32,417 nt of DNA from a virus. Lineage: Duplodnaviria > Caudoviricetes. A program made the position numbers and the translations under genes. The notes under the pieces were generated by a model. That model saw only the letters and a program-made list of their open reading frames with translations, made no database searches and had not been told where the DNA came from. The stretch spans positions 1 through 32,417 of IMG/VR virus record IMGVR_UViG_3300011338_000142; one strand, written 5' to 3'. Positions 15,660 through 26,165 of this stretch are shown here, piece by piece (the stretch's first letter is position 1; each line of letters opens with the position of its first letter).

Positions 15660-16820
15660 ATGTTTAAAAGAACAACTGCTATAAATAAAATCTTAGCGTT
15701 AAAAAAACGAATCAAGATAATTCAAGGCGGAACCAGTGCGGGAAAGACATTTGGGATACTCCCCGTACTTATAGACAAGTGTACAAAGGAAGCAGGATTA
15801 GAAGTTTCGGTTGTAGCAGAATCAATCCCTCACCTACGAAGAGGAGCATTAAAGGACTTCGTAAAGATTATGCGTTGGACAGGACGCTACAATGATGACC
15901 GATTCAATAAATCACTTCTAAGATACGAATTTGCAAACGGAAGTGTAATAGAGTTCTTCTCTGCAGATGACGCATCTAAACTCAGAGGAGCAAGGCGTGA
16001 TATACTCTATATCAATGAGTGTAACAACGTAACCTTTGAATCTTACAACGAACTTTCCATCCGTACAAAAAAAGAAGTATTCTTAGACTTTAATCCTGCA
16101 AATGAATTTTGGGTACACAAGGAACTAAAAGACGAACCTGACTCAGACTTTATAATCTTAACTTACAAGGATAACGAAGCGTTAGATGAATCAATAGTAA
16201 GTCAGATAGAAAAGAATCGAGAGAAAGCAGCTACATCATCTTATTGGGCGAATTGGTGGAGAGTTTACGGACTAGGACAGATAGGTAGTCTTGAAGGAGT
16301 AATCTTTGACAACTGGAAGACGATTGACAAGATACCTGCTGAAGCCAAATTAATCGGAATAGGATTAGACTTTGGATACACGAACGACCCTACATCTGCA
16401 ATAGAGATTTATAATTACAACGGACAGAGAATAGTAAACGAACTTGTTTACCGTACAGGAATGGTAAACTCTGACATAGCAAAAATGCTACCAAATAGTG
16501 TAACAATTTACGCTGACTCATCAGAGCCGAAATCAATCGAAGAGATTAGAAGATTCGGAAAGATGATTAAAGGAGTAACAAAAGGAGTTGATTCAATCAG
16601 ATTTGGTATTGACATTATGCAACGACAAGAATACCTAGTTACCAGTGATAGTCAAAACTTAATCAAAGAGCTAAGAAGTTATTGTTGGGATGTAGCGAAA
16701 GACGGAACAAGAAGAAACGTACCTATTGATCACTTTAACCATGCTATAGATGCTCTAAGATATCATGAGATGGAAACACTAGGTTTAAAAAAGAACTATG
16801 GACAATACAACATCAGATGA
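15660..16820 (+). CDS. terL: Terminase large subunit (PBSX-like)
   Basis: Walker A QGGTSAGKT, Walker B LYINEC, DFNP, nuclease GLDFGYTNDP and NHAIDALRY. Confidence 0.93.
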   Translation: MFKRTTAINKILALKKRIKIIQGGTSAGKTFGILPVLIDKCTKEAGLEVSVVAESIPHLRRGALKDFVKIMRWTGRYNDDRFNKSLLRYEFANGSVIEFFSADDASKLRGARRDILYINECNNVTFESYNELSIRTKKEVFLDFNPANEFWVHKELKDEPDSDFIILTYKDNEALDESIVSQIEKNREKAATSSYWANWWRVYGLGQIGSLEGVIFDNWKTIDKIPAEAKLIGIGLDFGYTNDPTSAIEIYNYNGQRIVNELVYRTGMVNSDIAKMLPNSVTIYADSSEPKSIEEIRRFGKMIKGVTKGVDSIRFGIDIMQRQEYLVTSDSQNLIKELRSYCWDVAKDGTRRNVPIDHFNHAIDALRYHEMETLGLKKNYGQYNIR

Positions 16821-16977
16821 TTTACCAATGATGAAAAGAGTAGTTGAGGACTACATCTATCAGCGTACAGGAAAACGGATAGTAATAGTCTTTGATGACG
16901 TAATGATGATAAGAAGACATTTTCAAATGTTAACTGCAGCATACGACATAATCATAGCACAACAGAATAAACAATAA
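16798..16977 (+). CDS. Hypothetical protein (up to 59 aa)
   Basis: Open frame filling the gap after terL; start uncertain (several ATGs). Confidence 0.5.
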   Translation: MDNTTSDDLPMMKRVVEDYIYQRTGKRIVIVFDDVMMIRRHFQMLTAAYDIIIAQQNKQ

Positions 16978-16983
16978 ATCGTT
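16961..16983 (+). promoter_or_regulatory. Putative late promoter AAC-N16-CGTT
   Basis: AAC 16961-63, CGTT 16980-83, 8 nt before ATG 16992; motif shared with five other sites. Confidence 0.6.
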
Positions 16984-16991
16984 TTAATATT

Positions 16992-17759
16992 ATGAAGTTA
17001 GAAATTAACGTACCTTCAAGCCTAAGTGAAATTCCACTTAAACACTACCAAGACTTCTTAAAAGTTCAGGCAGATTCCAACGATGAAGAATTTGTCGCAC
17101 AGAAGATGATAGAAATCTTTTGTGGTATATCCCTTCAAGATGTCGTTAAAATGAAGCTAACAAGCTTAAATGAGCTAATATCGCACTTTACAAAGTTATT
17201 TGCAGAGAAGCCTAAGTTTCAAAACAGGTTTACCATAAAATCAGAAGAAGGAGAGATTGAATTTGGATTCATTCCAGAACTAGAAGAGATCAGTTTCGGT
17301 GAGTACGTAGATTTGGAATCACACATTACTAATTGGGAAACATACCACAAAGCAATGGCTGTTATGTATCGTCCGATTATGAAAACACGGAAGGATAAAT
17401 ACGACATTTTACCATACGAACCAAACAAAGACTTTCAAGAGTTAATGAAGTTTGCTCCACTAGATGTAGTAATAGCAAGTTCTGTTTTTTTTTGGACTTT
17501 AGGAAACGAGTTATTGCAGGCTACCCTGAACTATTTGGAGAAGGAGATGAAGAAGAACAAGACGCTTTCAACGACTTTTCAGAAACAACTCAATTTGCAA
17601 AACGATGGGGATGGTATCAATCAGTATATGCTCTCGCTAAAGGAGAACTTACAAAGTTCGATGACGTTACCAATTACAGACTTACTAAATGTCTCACTTA
17701 TCTCGTCTTTGAAAAGCAAAAAAACGAAATTGAAAGAAGACAATTTGAACGCAATTTAA
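16992..17759 (+). CDS. Putative tail assembly chaperone, zero-frame product
   Basis: First gene of the tail block; contains a T9 slippery run at 17485-93. Confidence 0.55.
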   Translation: MKLEINVPSSLSEIPLKHYQDFLKVQADSNDEEFVAQKMIEIFCGISLQDVVKMKLTSLNELISHFTKLFAEKPKFQNRFTIKSEEGEIEFGFIPELEEISFGEYVDLESHITNWETYHKAMAVMYRPIMKTRKDKYDILPYEPNKDFQELMKFAPLDVVIASSVFFWTLGNELLQATLNYLEKEMKKNKTLSTTFQKQLNLQNDGDGINQYMLSLKENLQSSMTLPITDLLNVSLISSLKSKKTKLKEDNLNAI

Positions 17760-17767
17760 AACGATGA
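17492..17767 (+). CDS. -1 frameshift extension of 16992 (gpGT-like product)
   Basis: The -1 frame opens at the T9 run (F-L-D-F-R-K-R...KRWGWYQSVYALAKG...) and ends in an ATGA overlap with 17764. Confidence 0.65.
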   Translation: MDFRKRVIAGYPELFGEGDEEEQDAFNDFSETTQFAKRWGWYQSVYALAKGELTKFDDVTNYRLTKCLTYLVFEKQKNEIERRQFERNLKR

Positions 17768-18414
17768 CAGGATTCTACGACATACTAAACAAACTAAAGA
17801 TACATTTCGACAATGACGAGATTGTAAACACGGTTACGCAAGGAGACATCTTTCAAGTTGATTTAAACAAACAGACTATCTTTCCATTGACTCACATCAT
17901 GGTAAATAGTTCTACCTTAGGAGATAACACACAGACGTTTAACGTGTCGCTTATTGCTATGGATATAGTTGACATTTCTAAGACAGAAGTAACAGACCAA
18001 TTCCAAGAAAACAACAACGAACTAGACGTACTAAACACGCAACATCACGTTTTAAACAGATGTTACCAGCAGATGTTACACGGGAATTTGTGGGATCAAC
18101 AATTCGTAGTAGAAACAGACCCGACACTTGAGCCTTTTACAGAACGATTCGAGAATTTACTAGCAGGTTGGACAATGACATTCGATGTCGTAGTTCCTAA
18201 TGATATGACTATTTGTGATACTGATAGCTATGCTCCGTTCTGTTCTCCTGCATACGTTGTAAACACGAACGCAAGTTACTCTACAACAGTTCAAAGTGGA
18301 AGCACATTAACATTACCTGATACTACTTTAAACCTACAAATAGACGGAACACAAGTAGCTACATCAACATTCGCAACTTTAAGCAATCAAACAATTAATT
18401 TAGTATGGCAATAG
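17764..18414 (+). CDS. Putative tail completion/terminator protein with Thr-rich C-terminal extension
   Basis: IFPLTHI...GWTMTFDV pattern; located in the tail block. Confidence 0.45.
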   Translation: MTGFYDILNKLKIHFDNDEIVNTVTQGDIFQVDLNKQTIFPLTHIMVNSSTLGDNTQTFNVSLIAMDIVDISKTEVTDQFQENNNELDVLNTQHHVLNRCYQQMLHGNLWDQQFVVETDPTLEPFTERFENLLAGWTMTFDVVVPNDMTICDTDSYAPFCSPAYVVNTNASYSTTVQSGSTLTLPDTTLNLQIDGTQVATSTFATLSNQTINLVWQ

Positions 18415-19970
18415 ATATTAACATACCATCACAAGTAAAGACATACGCTAACCTAGCGGGATTCCCTGCAACAGGTAGTTTAAAAACAATCTTCATAGCA
18501 GAGGACACAAACAAGACTTATCGTTGGACAGGTTCAGCTTATGTAGAGATTTCATCAAGTCAAGCAGCTGCGTGGGGAGCAATCGGGGGAACTTTATCAA
18601 ATCAGACAGACTTACAAACTGCGTTAAACGCAAAGGTAACAGGTAACACTGCAATCACAGGAGCAACCAAAACAAAGATAACCTACGACTCGAAAGGATT
18701 AGTAACGTCAGGAGCAGACGCAACAACTGCGGACATCGCAGATTCTACCAATAAACGATATGTAACCGATGCGAATCTAACGGTAATCGGAAACACAAGC
18801 GGAGTCAATACAGGTGACCAAACACTTAGCGGACTCGGTGGCGTCCCAACGACTCGCACACTAACAATAAACGGAACTACACAAGACCTTTCAGCTGATA
18901 GAACATTCACAATATCAACGGGAATAACAATCGGAACTACTGCTATCACTTCGGGTACTGTTGGACGTGTGTTGTTTGAGGGAACGGGAAATGTGGTTCA
19001 GGAGTCGGCAAACTTGTTTTGGGATAATACGAATGGAAGGTTGGGGATTGGTGGAACACCAGGAGCATTTAGTTTAGACGTTAACGGAACTGCGAGGGTG
19101 CAGGGGTTGACTACTATACGCACTTTGGCTTCGTCTTACAATAGCCCATTAATAGTTGAAAACACAGGTAGTGCAGCAGTTGACAACAAGAATGTTGCTA
19201 CGTTTATAGGTGCAAGGGGTAACGCTTCGAATATAGATGATAACACAAATATCGGTATTTGGCAAAAAAGTAATATAGTAAATAACTATGGCATTGTAAA
19301 TTACTTTAATTCGGCAGGAAATCTTTCTGCATATTTTGGAGCGCAATATGTAACGCACGGAGCTAATCCTATTGGTAATTTAATATTTGGAACTTCAAAT
19401 GGTTCTCCTGCAACACGAATGACTATCTTTGCAGGTGGCAACATAGGCATCAACACCACCACAGACGCGGGGTATAAACTTGACGTGAATGGTACTGCGA
19501 GGTTCACGGGAAATGTTAGTTTAGGTTCGCCAAACATCAACGACAAACTTGAAGTATACGGAAACATTCTTGTAAGGGCAAATGATAGGATTCGTCTTGC
19601 GGGTACTTCGGATGGAAATACTGCCTTATGGGCAAATAGTGGAGCGTCTGCTCAAATGAACGTAAAGAATGGTAGTGCTTCAGCATTTGACATTACATTT
19701 GGTAGCATTGGTTCAACAACTAGAATGGTTCGTGTTAATGCTTACGACTCAACAACGCCAAGTGTAGCAATCGGAAATAACGCTACTTCATTTGCGAGTG
19801 CGGTTTTATCAGCAGATAGCACTACTCAAGGCTTCCTTCCTCCACGAATGACAACCACACAAAAGAACGCCATTGCAACACCTACAACGGGATTAGTAGT
19901 TTTTGACTTAACTTTAAACAAACTATGCGTGCGAGGAGCATCAGCGTGGGAAACAATAACATCTTTATAA
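18405..19970 (+). CDS. Tail fibre / receptor-binding protein
   Basis: G/T/A/N-rich; WGAIGGTLSNQTDLQTAL, GRLGIG/GNIGIN and two LDVNGTAR repeats; C-terminal STTQGFLPPRMTTTQKNAI motif. Confidence 0.75.
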   Translation: MAIDINIPSQVKTYANLAGFPATGSLKTIFIAEDTNKTYRWTGSAYVEISSSQAAAWGAIGGTLSNQTDLQTALNAKVTGNTAITGATKTKITYDSKGLVTSGADATTADIADSTNKRYVTDANLTVIGNTSGVNTGDQTLSGLGGVPTTRTLTINGTTQDLSADRTFTISTGITIGTTAITSGTVGRVLFEGTGNVVQESANLFWDNTNGRLGIGGTPGAFSLDVNGTARVQGLTTIRTLASSYNSPLIVENTGSAAVDNKNVATFIGARGNASNIDDNTNIGIWQKSNIVNNYGIVNYFNSAGNLSAYFGAQYVTHGANPIGNLIFGTSNGSPATRMTIFAGGNIGINTTTDAGYKLDVNGTARFTGNVSLGSPNINDKLEVYGNILVRANDRIRLAGTSDGNTALWANSGASAQMNVKNGSASAFDITFGSIGSTTRMVRVNAYDSTTPSVAIGNNATSFASAVLSADSTTQGFLPPRMTTTQKNAIATPTTGLVVFDLTLNKLCVRGASAWETITSL

Positions 19971-19971
19971 T

Positions 19972-20244
19972 ATGAAAGCAACAACACCAACCAACGGAGT
20001 AGCAATCGAGCCGATTGTATACCCACTTAACGAAGGTACTGCAACCTTCTTAACAGTATTAGTCGAAGCATTTATGACGGATGCAACGACTGCGAGTACT
20101 TATTACAGATTACTAACAGATGATGGCAAAATCCTTACTGACGGACGCTACCAAATGACGGAGGAGCAATTCAAGGAATGGGGTAAAGATAACTCAGTTG
20201 TTGACGATTACGTCGCTGAAGCAATCGGAGTAGTAATCATCTAA
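19972..20244 (+). CDS. Fibre-associated hypothetical protein
   Basis: 90 aa, directly after the fibre gene. Confidence 0.6.
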   Translation: MKATTPTNGVAIEPIVYPLNEGTATFLTVLVEAFMTDATTASTYYRLLTDDGKILTDGRYQMTEEQFKEWGKDNSVVDDYVAEAIGVVII

Positions 20245-20254
20245 AACACGAATC

Positions 20255-20392
20255 ATGTTAACACTAAACGAAGAACAAGTAAAGCAATTAGAAGCAATCT
20301 TAAGTGAGTTACCGATGAAGTTCGGAGTACCTATTTTGAATATCTTAAACGAAGCGAGTAAACCTGCTGAAAACACGGATGAAGCAAACTGA
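20255..20392 (+). CDS. Small hypothetical protein (45 aa, MLTLNEEQVKQLEAILSELP...)
   Basis: Fills the gap; amphipathic helical sequence. Confidence 0.6.
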   Translation: MLTLNEEQVKQLEAILSELPMKFGVPILNILNEASKPAENTDEAN

Positions 20393-20888
20393 ATTACAAC
20401 TAGAGTTAAACAAGTTTAGAGACTATGTAATTAGTCAAGCTAAAGCAAACCTTACAAGACAAGGTAAAAACGTGTCTAAGGGCTTGTATAACTCTATTAA
20501 AGGTAATGTCAAAGCTAATCCTAATTCGTTCGAGATGGACTTCTCAATGGAAGAGTACGGATTCTATCAGGACAAAGGAGTTTCAGGTATCAAAAAGAAG
20601 TACAACACGGACTACAAATACACGAACAAAATGCCACCAGCAAAAGCATTTGATAAGTGGGTAGTTAGAAAAGGACTTGCACCTAGAGAAAAGGGAAAGT
20701 TTAAAAACAGAAAGTCTTTGTCATTTGCTATTGCACGTTCAGTTTACATCAACGGAATCAAACCTAGTTTATTCTTTACTAAACCATTTGAAAAAGCGTT
20801 TAAGCGTTTACCTAGTGACTTAGTTGAAGCATTCGGACTAGACGCAATAAAATTATTTAATACAACAACATTTCCTAATCAAAAATAG
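20379..20888 (+). CDS. Putative neck/tail-completion protein (HK97 gp10-like)
   Basis: Basic; LYNSI, YGFYQDKGV and GIKPSLFFTKPF motifs. Confidence 0.55.
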   Translation: MKQTELQLELNKFRDYVISQAKANLTRQGKNVSKGLYNSIKGNVKANPNSFEMDFSMEEYGFYQDKGVSGIKKKYNTDYKYTNKMPPAKAFDKWVVRKGLAPREKGKFKNRKSLSFAIARSVYINGIKPSLFFTKPFEKAFKRLPSDLVEAFGLDAIKLFNTTTFPNQK

Positions 20889-21935
20889 ATGGCAATTTTC
20901 GCACGTTCACCGTACATTCTAACAATAAACGAAACAGGACAGACTGCTTCAATGATACAGGTTTTCTTATGGAATGGAAACACGACACCAATGCCTGCTT
21001 CTCCTGCTTACACATTAAGCAAAAACATTCCTTCATCTAGTTCTCCTGCGACTTACTACGACTTATCTCCTTACATCCGTGAGTTTATTAATCACAATAC
21101 ACTTCAAACCATTACAACAAGTAATGCTCCTACTCCTTCTGATCAGTGGTGCTGGATAGGAATTAAAACATTTAAGAAAACTACAGGTGGATTCGTTCAA
21201 TTTGGATCAACACTAACATACAGAGCATACGAAGGGTACGGAAATTATACGGACGGAGCAAATCCTAACTTATTTAGAGTTCACTTGGATGCAGGAACGT
21301 ACAACTATTATTTAGATGGTAGTGGAAACTACGGACACTTGACAATAGAAAACATTTCAGGAGATACAATCAAATACACGAACTTAGTTACAGGTGCTAA
21401 CAATACTTCGTCTCTAGGAACTTTAAATGTACAAGACTATCCAAGAGTATATTCAACGTATTTAACTGCAGGAAACAAAGTAGAAATCATCAACGCAGGA
21501 ACTACAGTATGGACTGCAACTTTCCAACCTAAAGCAGAATGTAAATACACGCCTATTAAATGCGACTTTGTAAACAAATACGGAGCTTGGCAAACTGAGT
21601 GGTTTTTTAAAGCGAGTAATCGTTCAATCAGCGTTGAAAACACGGAGTACAATTTAATGCCTGAAACCTATCCTTCTTACAATGTTCAAGAAGGTCAAAG
21701 AAAAGTCTTTAACACGAACGCAAAAGAACAGATTAAAGTAAATACTGATTGGGTAAACGAAAGCTACTCAGAAGTTATTAAACAACTAATGCTTAGCGAA
21801 AGAATCTTACTAGACAAATCACCAGTGAAAATAAACACGAAATCAACTGAGCTATTTAAGAGCATCAATACTCACATGATTAACTACCAATTAGACTTTG
21901 AATACGCTTACGACACAATTAACTCAGTAGTGTAA
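20889..21935 (+). CDS. Structural tail protein (distal-tail-like)
   Basis: Beta-rich; C-terminal FVNKYGAWQ...NTDWVNE...LMLSE; tail block position. Confidence 0.5.
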   Translation: MAIFARSPYILTINETGQTASMIQVFLWNGNTTPMPASPAYTLSKNIPSSSSPATYYDLSPYIREFINHNTLQTITTSNAPTPSDQWCWIGIKTFKKTTGGFVQFGSTLTYRAYEGYGNYTDGANPNLFRVHLDAGTYNYYLDGSGNYGHLTIENISGDTIKYTNLVTGANNTSSLGTLNVQDYPRVYSTYLTAGNKVEIINAGTTVWTATFQPKAECKYTPIKCDFVNKYGAWQTEWFFKASNRSISVENTEYNLMPETYPSYNVQEGQRKVFNTNAKEQIKVNTDWVNESYSEVIKQLMLSERILLDKSPVKINTKSTELFKSINTHMINYQLDFEYAYDTINSVV

Positions 21936-24196
21936 TGAATAGAAAAGTACAAGTTTACATTGAAGGACAAAGACTCGAACTATTCAACGATGAGCAGATT
22001 CAGGTAACATCAACTCAACAGAACGTAGCTGATATTTCCAAGACTTACACGGACTTTTCACAGAGTTTCACAGTTCCTGCTTCGCCTTACAATAATGCTA
22101 TCTTACAACACTTTTACCAGAGTGATGTAGATTCTACGATTGATCATAACATCAGACGTAGTGCATTTATAGAAATTGACTTAACTTTCTTTAGACGTGG
22201 TAAGATTCAGATTGATAAAGCACAACTAAAAAACGGACAAGCAGAAAGCTACTCATTAAGTTTTTACGGAGATGGAAAGACGTTACTAGATTACTTTGGA
22301 GAGGACTTATTATCTGATTTAGATTACACGCCTTTAAACCACCTTTATAATGGAACGGAAGTTAAGAACAGAGTAACAAACTCTACGAATACATATCATG
22401 TTAAATACCCTTTAATAAGTTCAAAAAGAATTTGGACGTGGACAGGACAAACACCTACGACAATTACACCAAGTTGGTTAACGATACCTACTACCAGTAC
22501 AAACGATATCCATAACACAAACGGACATATTGATTACACGGAGTTGTTTCCTGCAGTAAGAGTTAGTAAAATATTCGGACAAATCGCAGCTAAATACGGA
22601 GTTACATTCAACGGAAACTTTTTAGCAGATGACAGGTTTACAAAGTTATTCTTGTGGTACAAAAACAGAAACGAGTTTAACTTTTATTCAGAAGCACAAC
22701 CTGTTGACTTTACAAGTTTATCTACTTCTGGAAACGAAGCAAGTAACGCATTTAATTTAACAAACAATACAATTCGTGTTCAGTTTCAGCCGAATTTAAC
22801 TAATGCCCTTCACACAATTAAAATAGACGTTAACTCTATATCAGCTACCACGGGTGCTATTGTTGACGTTTACCAAAATGGTAACTTATATCAAAGCATT
22901 CCATTTAGTACGGCAGGTGCGTTACCAAACATTTTAATTTGGAATACATCAGGATTAGATGATCTTTACGAATTTAAAGTAAGGACACATACTGCAGTTA
23001 CCGTTAATTTTGATGTTACTTACAATATTACAGAGTTTGTAGTTTTACCTATTGCAACTTGTAACGCGACTTGTTCTAACAACGTGATGATAGTAAACAC
23101 GGATTTAGCAACTATGTCTCCTGTGATGAAAGTTAGCGAGTTCTTTAGTGGAATCCTAAAGTTATTTAATATGACTTGCTACGGAAACACGGTAAACAAC
23201 TTTCAAATTGAGCCTTTAGACGATTGGTATTCAGCAGGAGCAATAGTAGATATTTCACAATATACAGACGTAGATACTATAGACGTAGACAAAATGAAGC
23301 TCTACAAGAAGATAACGATGAAATATCAGAATTCGGAATCATTCTTAAACAAGCAGTTTAGTCAGTTGTTTATGCGTGAGTACGGAAACACGACTTATCA
23401 ATATAGCTACGATGGGGATGAATTTACTTTAGACGTACCTTTCGAGAATTTGTTACAGACTAAATTCACAGGAACAAACCTACAAGTTGGTTACTCACTT
23501 AATAACGAGTTTGCACCTTACGTTCCTAAACCTATTTTACTTTATCAATACGACAATAAAGACGTGGACTTTCACTTCAACAATGGAACGACAACATCCA
23601 ACATAACAAACTACACGCCATTTGGACAAGACCTTTACACAAATCTTACCGACTATACGTTAAACTTTGCACCTGATATTAGCACGATGTTAAACGTACC
23701 AGTGCAACAAACATTATTCGGAACTTATTACTTTTCTTATCTGTACAATCTTTACAATTTAAAGCAGAGATTAATCAGCGTAAAAACGATACTACCTATA
23801 GCACTTCTTACAGGACTAAAATTAAACGATAGGTTAGTTATTAGAGACAAGCGTTACATTATAAACTCAATGCAATCTAATCTAACTACAGGAGAAATAA
23901 ACTTTCAGTTGATTCTAGACTTTAGACCTATGGTAAATGCTACGCAAATTCCATACGTAGGAGTAGATGGTGGAGATGTTCAGTTAGCAATCGACTTTGT
24001 TAATGATACTTATTCGGCTTTAATGACTTCCACTAATTCAGATGTAACCATTACACCAAATGAGATTTTTGCAAGTCAATTTGTAACTGTAAACTTACCT
24101 GCAGGAACTTCGGGGACTGTATATCCAGTAGATGTACAATACACATTGAATAGCGGAATTATAGAAACACGAACCATAAACATTATACAACAATGA
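21935..24196 (+). CDS. Large tail tip/hub protein
   Basis: 753 aa; N-terminal LELFNDE...FSQSFTVPA, C-terminal LKLNDRLVIRDKRYIINS. Confidence 0.55.
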   Translation: MNRKVQVYIEGQRLELFNDEQIQVTSTQQNVADISKTYTDFSQSFTVPASPYNNAILQHFYQSDVDSTIDHNIRRSAFIEIDLTFFRRGKIQIDKAQLKNGQAESYSLSFYGDGKTLLDYFGEDLLSDLDYTPLNHLYNGTEVKNRVTNSTNTYHVKYPLISSKRIWTWTGQTPTTITPSWLTIPTTSTNDIHNTNGHIDYTELFPAVRVSKIFGQIAAKYGVTFNGNFLADDRFTKLFLWYKNRNEFNFYSEAQPVDFTSLSTSGNEASNAFNLTNNTIRVQFQPNLTNALHTIKIDVNSISATTGAIVDVYQNGNLYQSIPFSTAGALPNILIWNTSGLDDLYEFKVRTHTAVTVNFDVTYNITEFVVLPIATCNATCSNNVMIVNTDLATMSPVMKVSEFFSGILKLFNMTCYGNTVNNFQIEPLDDWYSAGAIVDISQYTDVDTIDVDKMKLYKKITMKYQNSESFLNKQFSQLFMREYGNTTYQYSYDGDEFTLDVPFENLLQTKFTGTNLQVGYSLNNEFAPYVPKPILLYQYDNKDVDFHFNNGTTTSNITNYTPFGQDLYTNLTDYTLNFAPDISTMLNVPVQQTLFGTYYFSYLYNLYNLKQRLISVKTILPIALLTGLKLNDRLVIRDKRYIINSMQSNLTTGEINFQLILDFRPMVNATQIPYVGVDGGDVQLAIDFVNDTYSALMTSTNSDVTITPNEIFASQFVTVNLPAGTSGTVYPVDVQYTLNSGIIETRTINIIQQ

Positions 24197-24348
24197 TCAA
24201 GAACATAATCGCAATGCTTACCATAGATAACTTCTACGGAATATCAGAAAACATAGACATCGCAAAAGGAAAGTATGCTTATACAAAATCCTTTCGTAAA
24301 ATGACAAGACAAGAGATAAGAAAAAACGCACGTAAAAAAATCAACTGA
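24193..24348 (+). CDS. Small hypothetical protein (51 aa, ...ENIDIAKGKY...)
   Basis: Overlaps both neighbours (ATGA, TGATG). Confidence 0.6.
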   Translation: MIKNIIAMLTIDNFYGISENIDIAKGKYAYTKSFRKMTRQEIRKNARKKIN

Positions 24349-26165
24349 TGGCTGAAAAGAAAGTAATAGAATTAGACTTACAAACAAACTTAGATTTTAC
24401 GGTTACTGCGTTAAAAAAAGCTCAACGTGAAGTAGCTATTCTATCAGAAAAGTTTGGAGCAACTTCAAAAGAAGCAGTTGAAGCAGCGAAACAGGCAGCA
24501 ATCCTTAAAGATAAAATTGGAGATGCTAAATCCTTAACTGATGCGTTTAATCCTGATGCAAAGGTTAAAGCTCTTTCAGGATCATTAACGGGTGTTGCAG
24601 GTGGTTTCTCTGTTGTTACGGGTGCTATGGGTACGCTTGGAGTTGAGAGTGAAGCTGTAGAAAAAACATTACTTCGAGTTCAATCAGCAATGGCGATAGC
24701 GTCAGGTGCGCAAGCATTAGGTGAAAGCATTGATTCATTTAAACAATTAGGTGCAGTTGCTAAAAATGCTTTAAGTGGAATTAGAACAGGAATAGCTGCG
24801 ACAGGAATTGGTTTATTTGTAGTAGCATTAGGAACGATTGTAGCTTATTGGGATGAGATTAAAACTGCAGTTGGTGGAGTAAGTGAAGCACAAGAAGATT
24901 TAAACCGAAAAGCCAGTGCAAACACGCAACTTGAAAATGATAAACTTACTACCTTAACTTCACAAGACAACATCTTAAAACTACAAGGTAAGTCTGAAGA
25001 AGATATTTTAAAATTAAAGATAGCTCAAACTGAAGCAGTAATCAAAACTACTGAAGAAGAAATCAAGCAAAAAGAAATCACTTCTAAACTAGAAATAAAA
25101 GCTGCTGAAAGAAACGCATCTATTATGAAGATGATTCTTAAAGGTGCAATGGAGTTTGGTGCATTAGGTTTACGTTTATTAGTTGCTCCGATTGACTTAG
25201 TTTTAAGCACTGCTAACAAAGTATCTGAAGCATTAGGATTCGGCAAACTTACTGCTGTAAACTTAAACGATGAAATAAGCAATTTAATCAATTTTGGTGC
25301 AGATAAAATAACGTCATTTGTGTTTGATCCTGCAGCAACAAAAGCAGCAGCAGACGCAGACATTAAAGAAACTAAGGATGCTTTATTAAAAATGAAAAAT
25401 GAGGTCGCTGGGTTTAAACTACAAGTGATTGAATTAAACAAACCTAGTGAAGTTGCTAAAAAGGAAACTGAGAAAGCATTTGAAAGCTACGAAAAATTGG
25501 AATACAAAAAAGCACAGTTACTTAAACATTCAGAACTTACTTTACAAGGACACGTAAATGAAAACGTAAGAATCCAACAAGAAGCAGCAGAACACGAACT
25601 TGCATTACTAGAAGCAAAAGCAGTAAGAGCATCTCAAATAGACGCTAAAGCACAATCTGAAAAAGTTAAATTAACTAAACAAGGGTTTGATACTATTGCA
25701 CAAATTGCAGAGTTATTTGGTAAGAAAAGCGAAAAGGCAGCGAAGAACGCATTTAAGATTCAGAAAGCAGCAAACATAGCATCTGCATTAGTAACAACAT
25801 ACCAAAGTGCGACTGCAGCTTACGCATCACAATTTGTTCCAATACCTGACCCTAGTTCGCCTGTACGTGGAGCAGTTGCTGCAGGTATTGCAATCGCAGC
25901 AGGATTAGCAAACGTAGCTAAGATTAGTCAACAGAAATTTGAGGGTGGTTCTCCTAGTGGTGGTGGTAATACTCCTCCTTCAGGTGGTGGATTAAGTGGT
26001 GGTTCTGTTATGTCTGCTAACTTCAACGTAGTTGGAAACTCAGGACTTAACCAACTTAGTCAACTTCAACAACAACCAACGAAGGCGTATGTAGTTTCAG
26101 GAGATGTTACAACTGCTCAATCACTAGACAGAAATAGAATCGAAAACGCAACATTAGTACAATAA
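24348..26165 (+). CDS. Tape measure-like protein
   Basis: 605 aa, Ala/Lys/Glu-rich helical with hydrophobic segments; C-terminal KAYVVSGDVT. Confidence 0.65.
   Translation: MAEKKVIELDLQTNLDFTVTALKKAQREVAILSEKFGATSKEAVEAAKQAAILKDKIGDAKSLTDAFNPDAKVKALSGSLTGVAGGFSVVTGAMGTLGVESEAVEKTLLRVQSAMAIASGAQALGESIDSFKQLGAVAKNALSGIRTGIAATGIGLFVVALGTIVAYWDEIKTAVGGVSEAQEDLNRKASANTQLENDKLTTLTSQDNILKLQGKSEEDILKLKIAQTEAVIKTTEEEIKQKEITSKLEIKAAERNASIMKMILKGAMEFGALGLRLLVAPIDLVLSTANKVSEALGFGKLTAVNLNDEISNLINFGADKITSFVFDPAATKAAADADIKETKDALLKMKNEVAGFKLQVIELNKPSEVAKKETEKAFESYEKLEYKKAQLLKHSELTLQGHVNENVRIQQEAAEHELALLEAKAVRASQIDAKAQSEKVKLTKQGFDTIAQIAELFGKKSEKAAKNAFKIQKAANIASALVTTYQSATAAYASQFVPIPDPSSPVRGAVAAGIAIAAGLANVAKISQQKFEGGSPSGGGNTPPSGGGLSGGSVMSANFNVVGNSGLNQLSQLQQQPTKAYVVSGDVTTAQSLDRNRIENATLVQ

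Noticed and set aside
25940-26005. GGT/CCT low-complexity repeats
   Set aside because: Encode a Gly/Pro/Ser linker in the tape measure-like protein.
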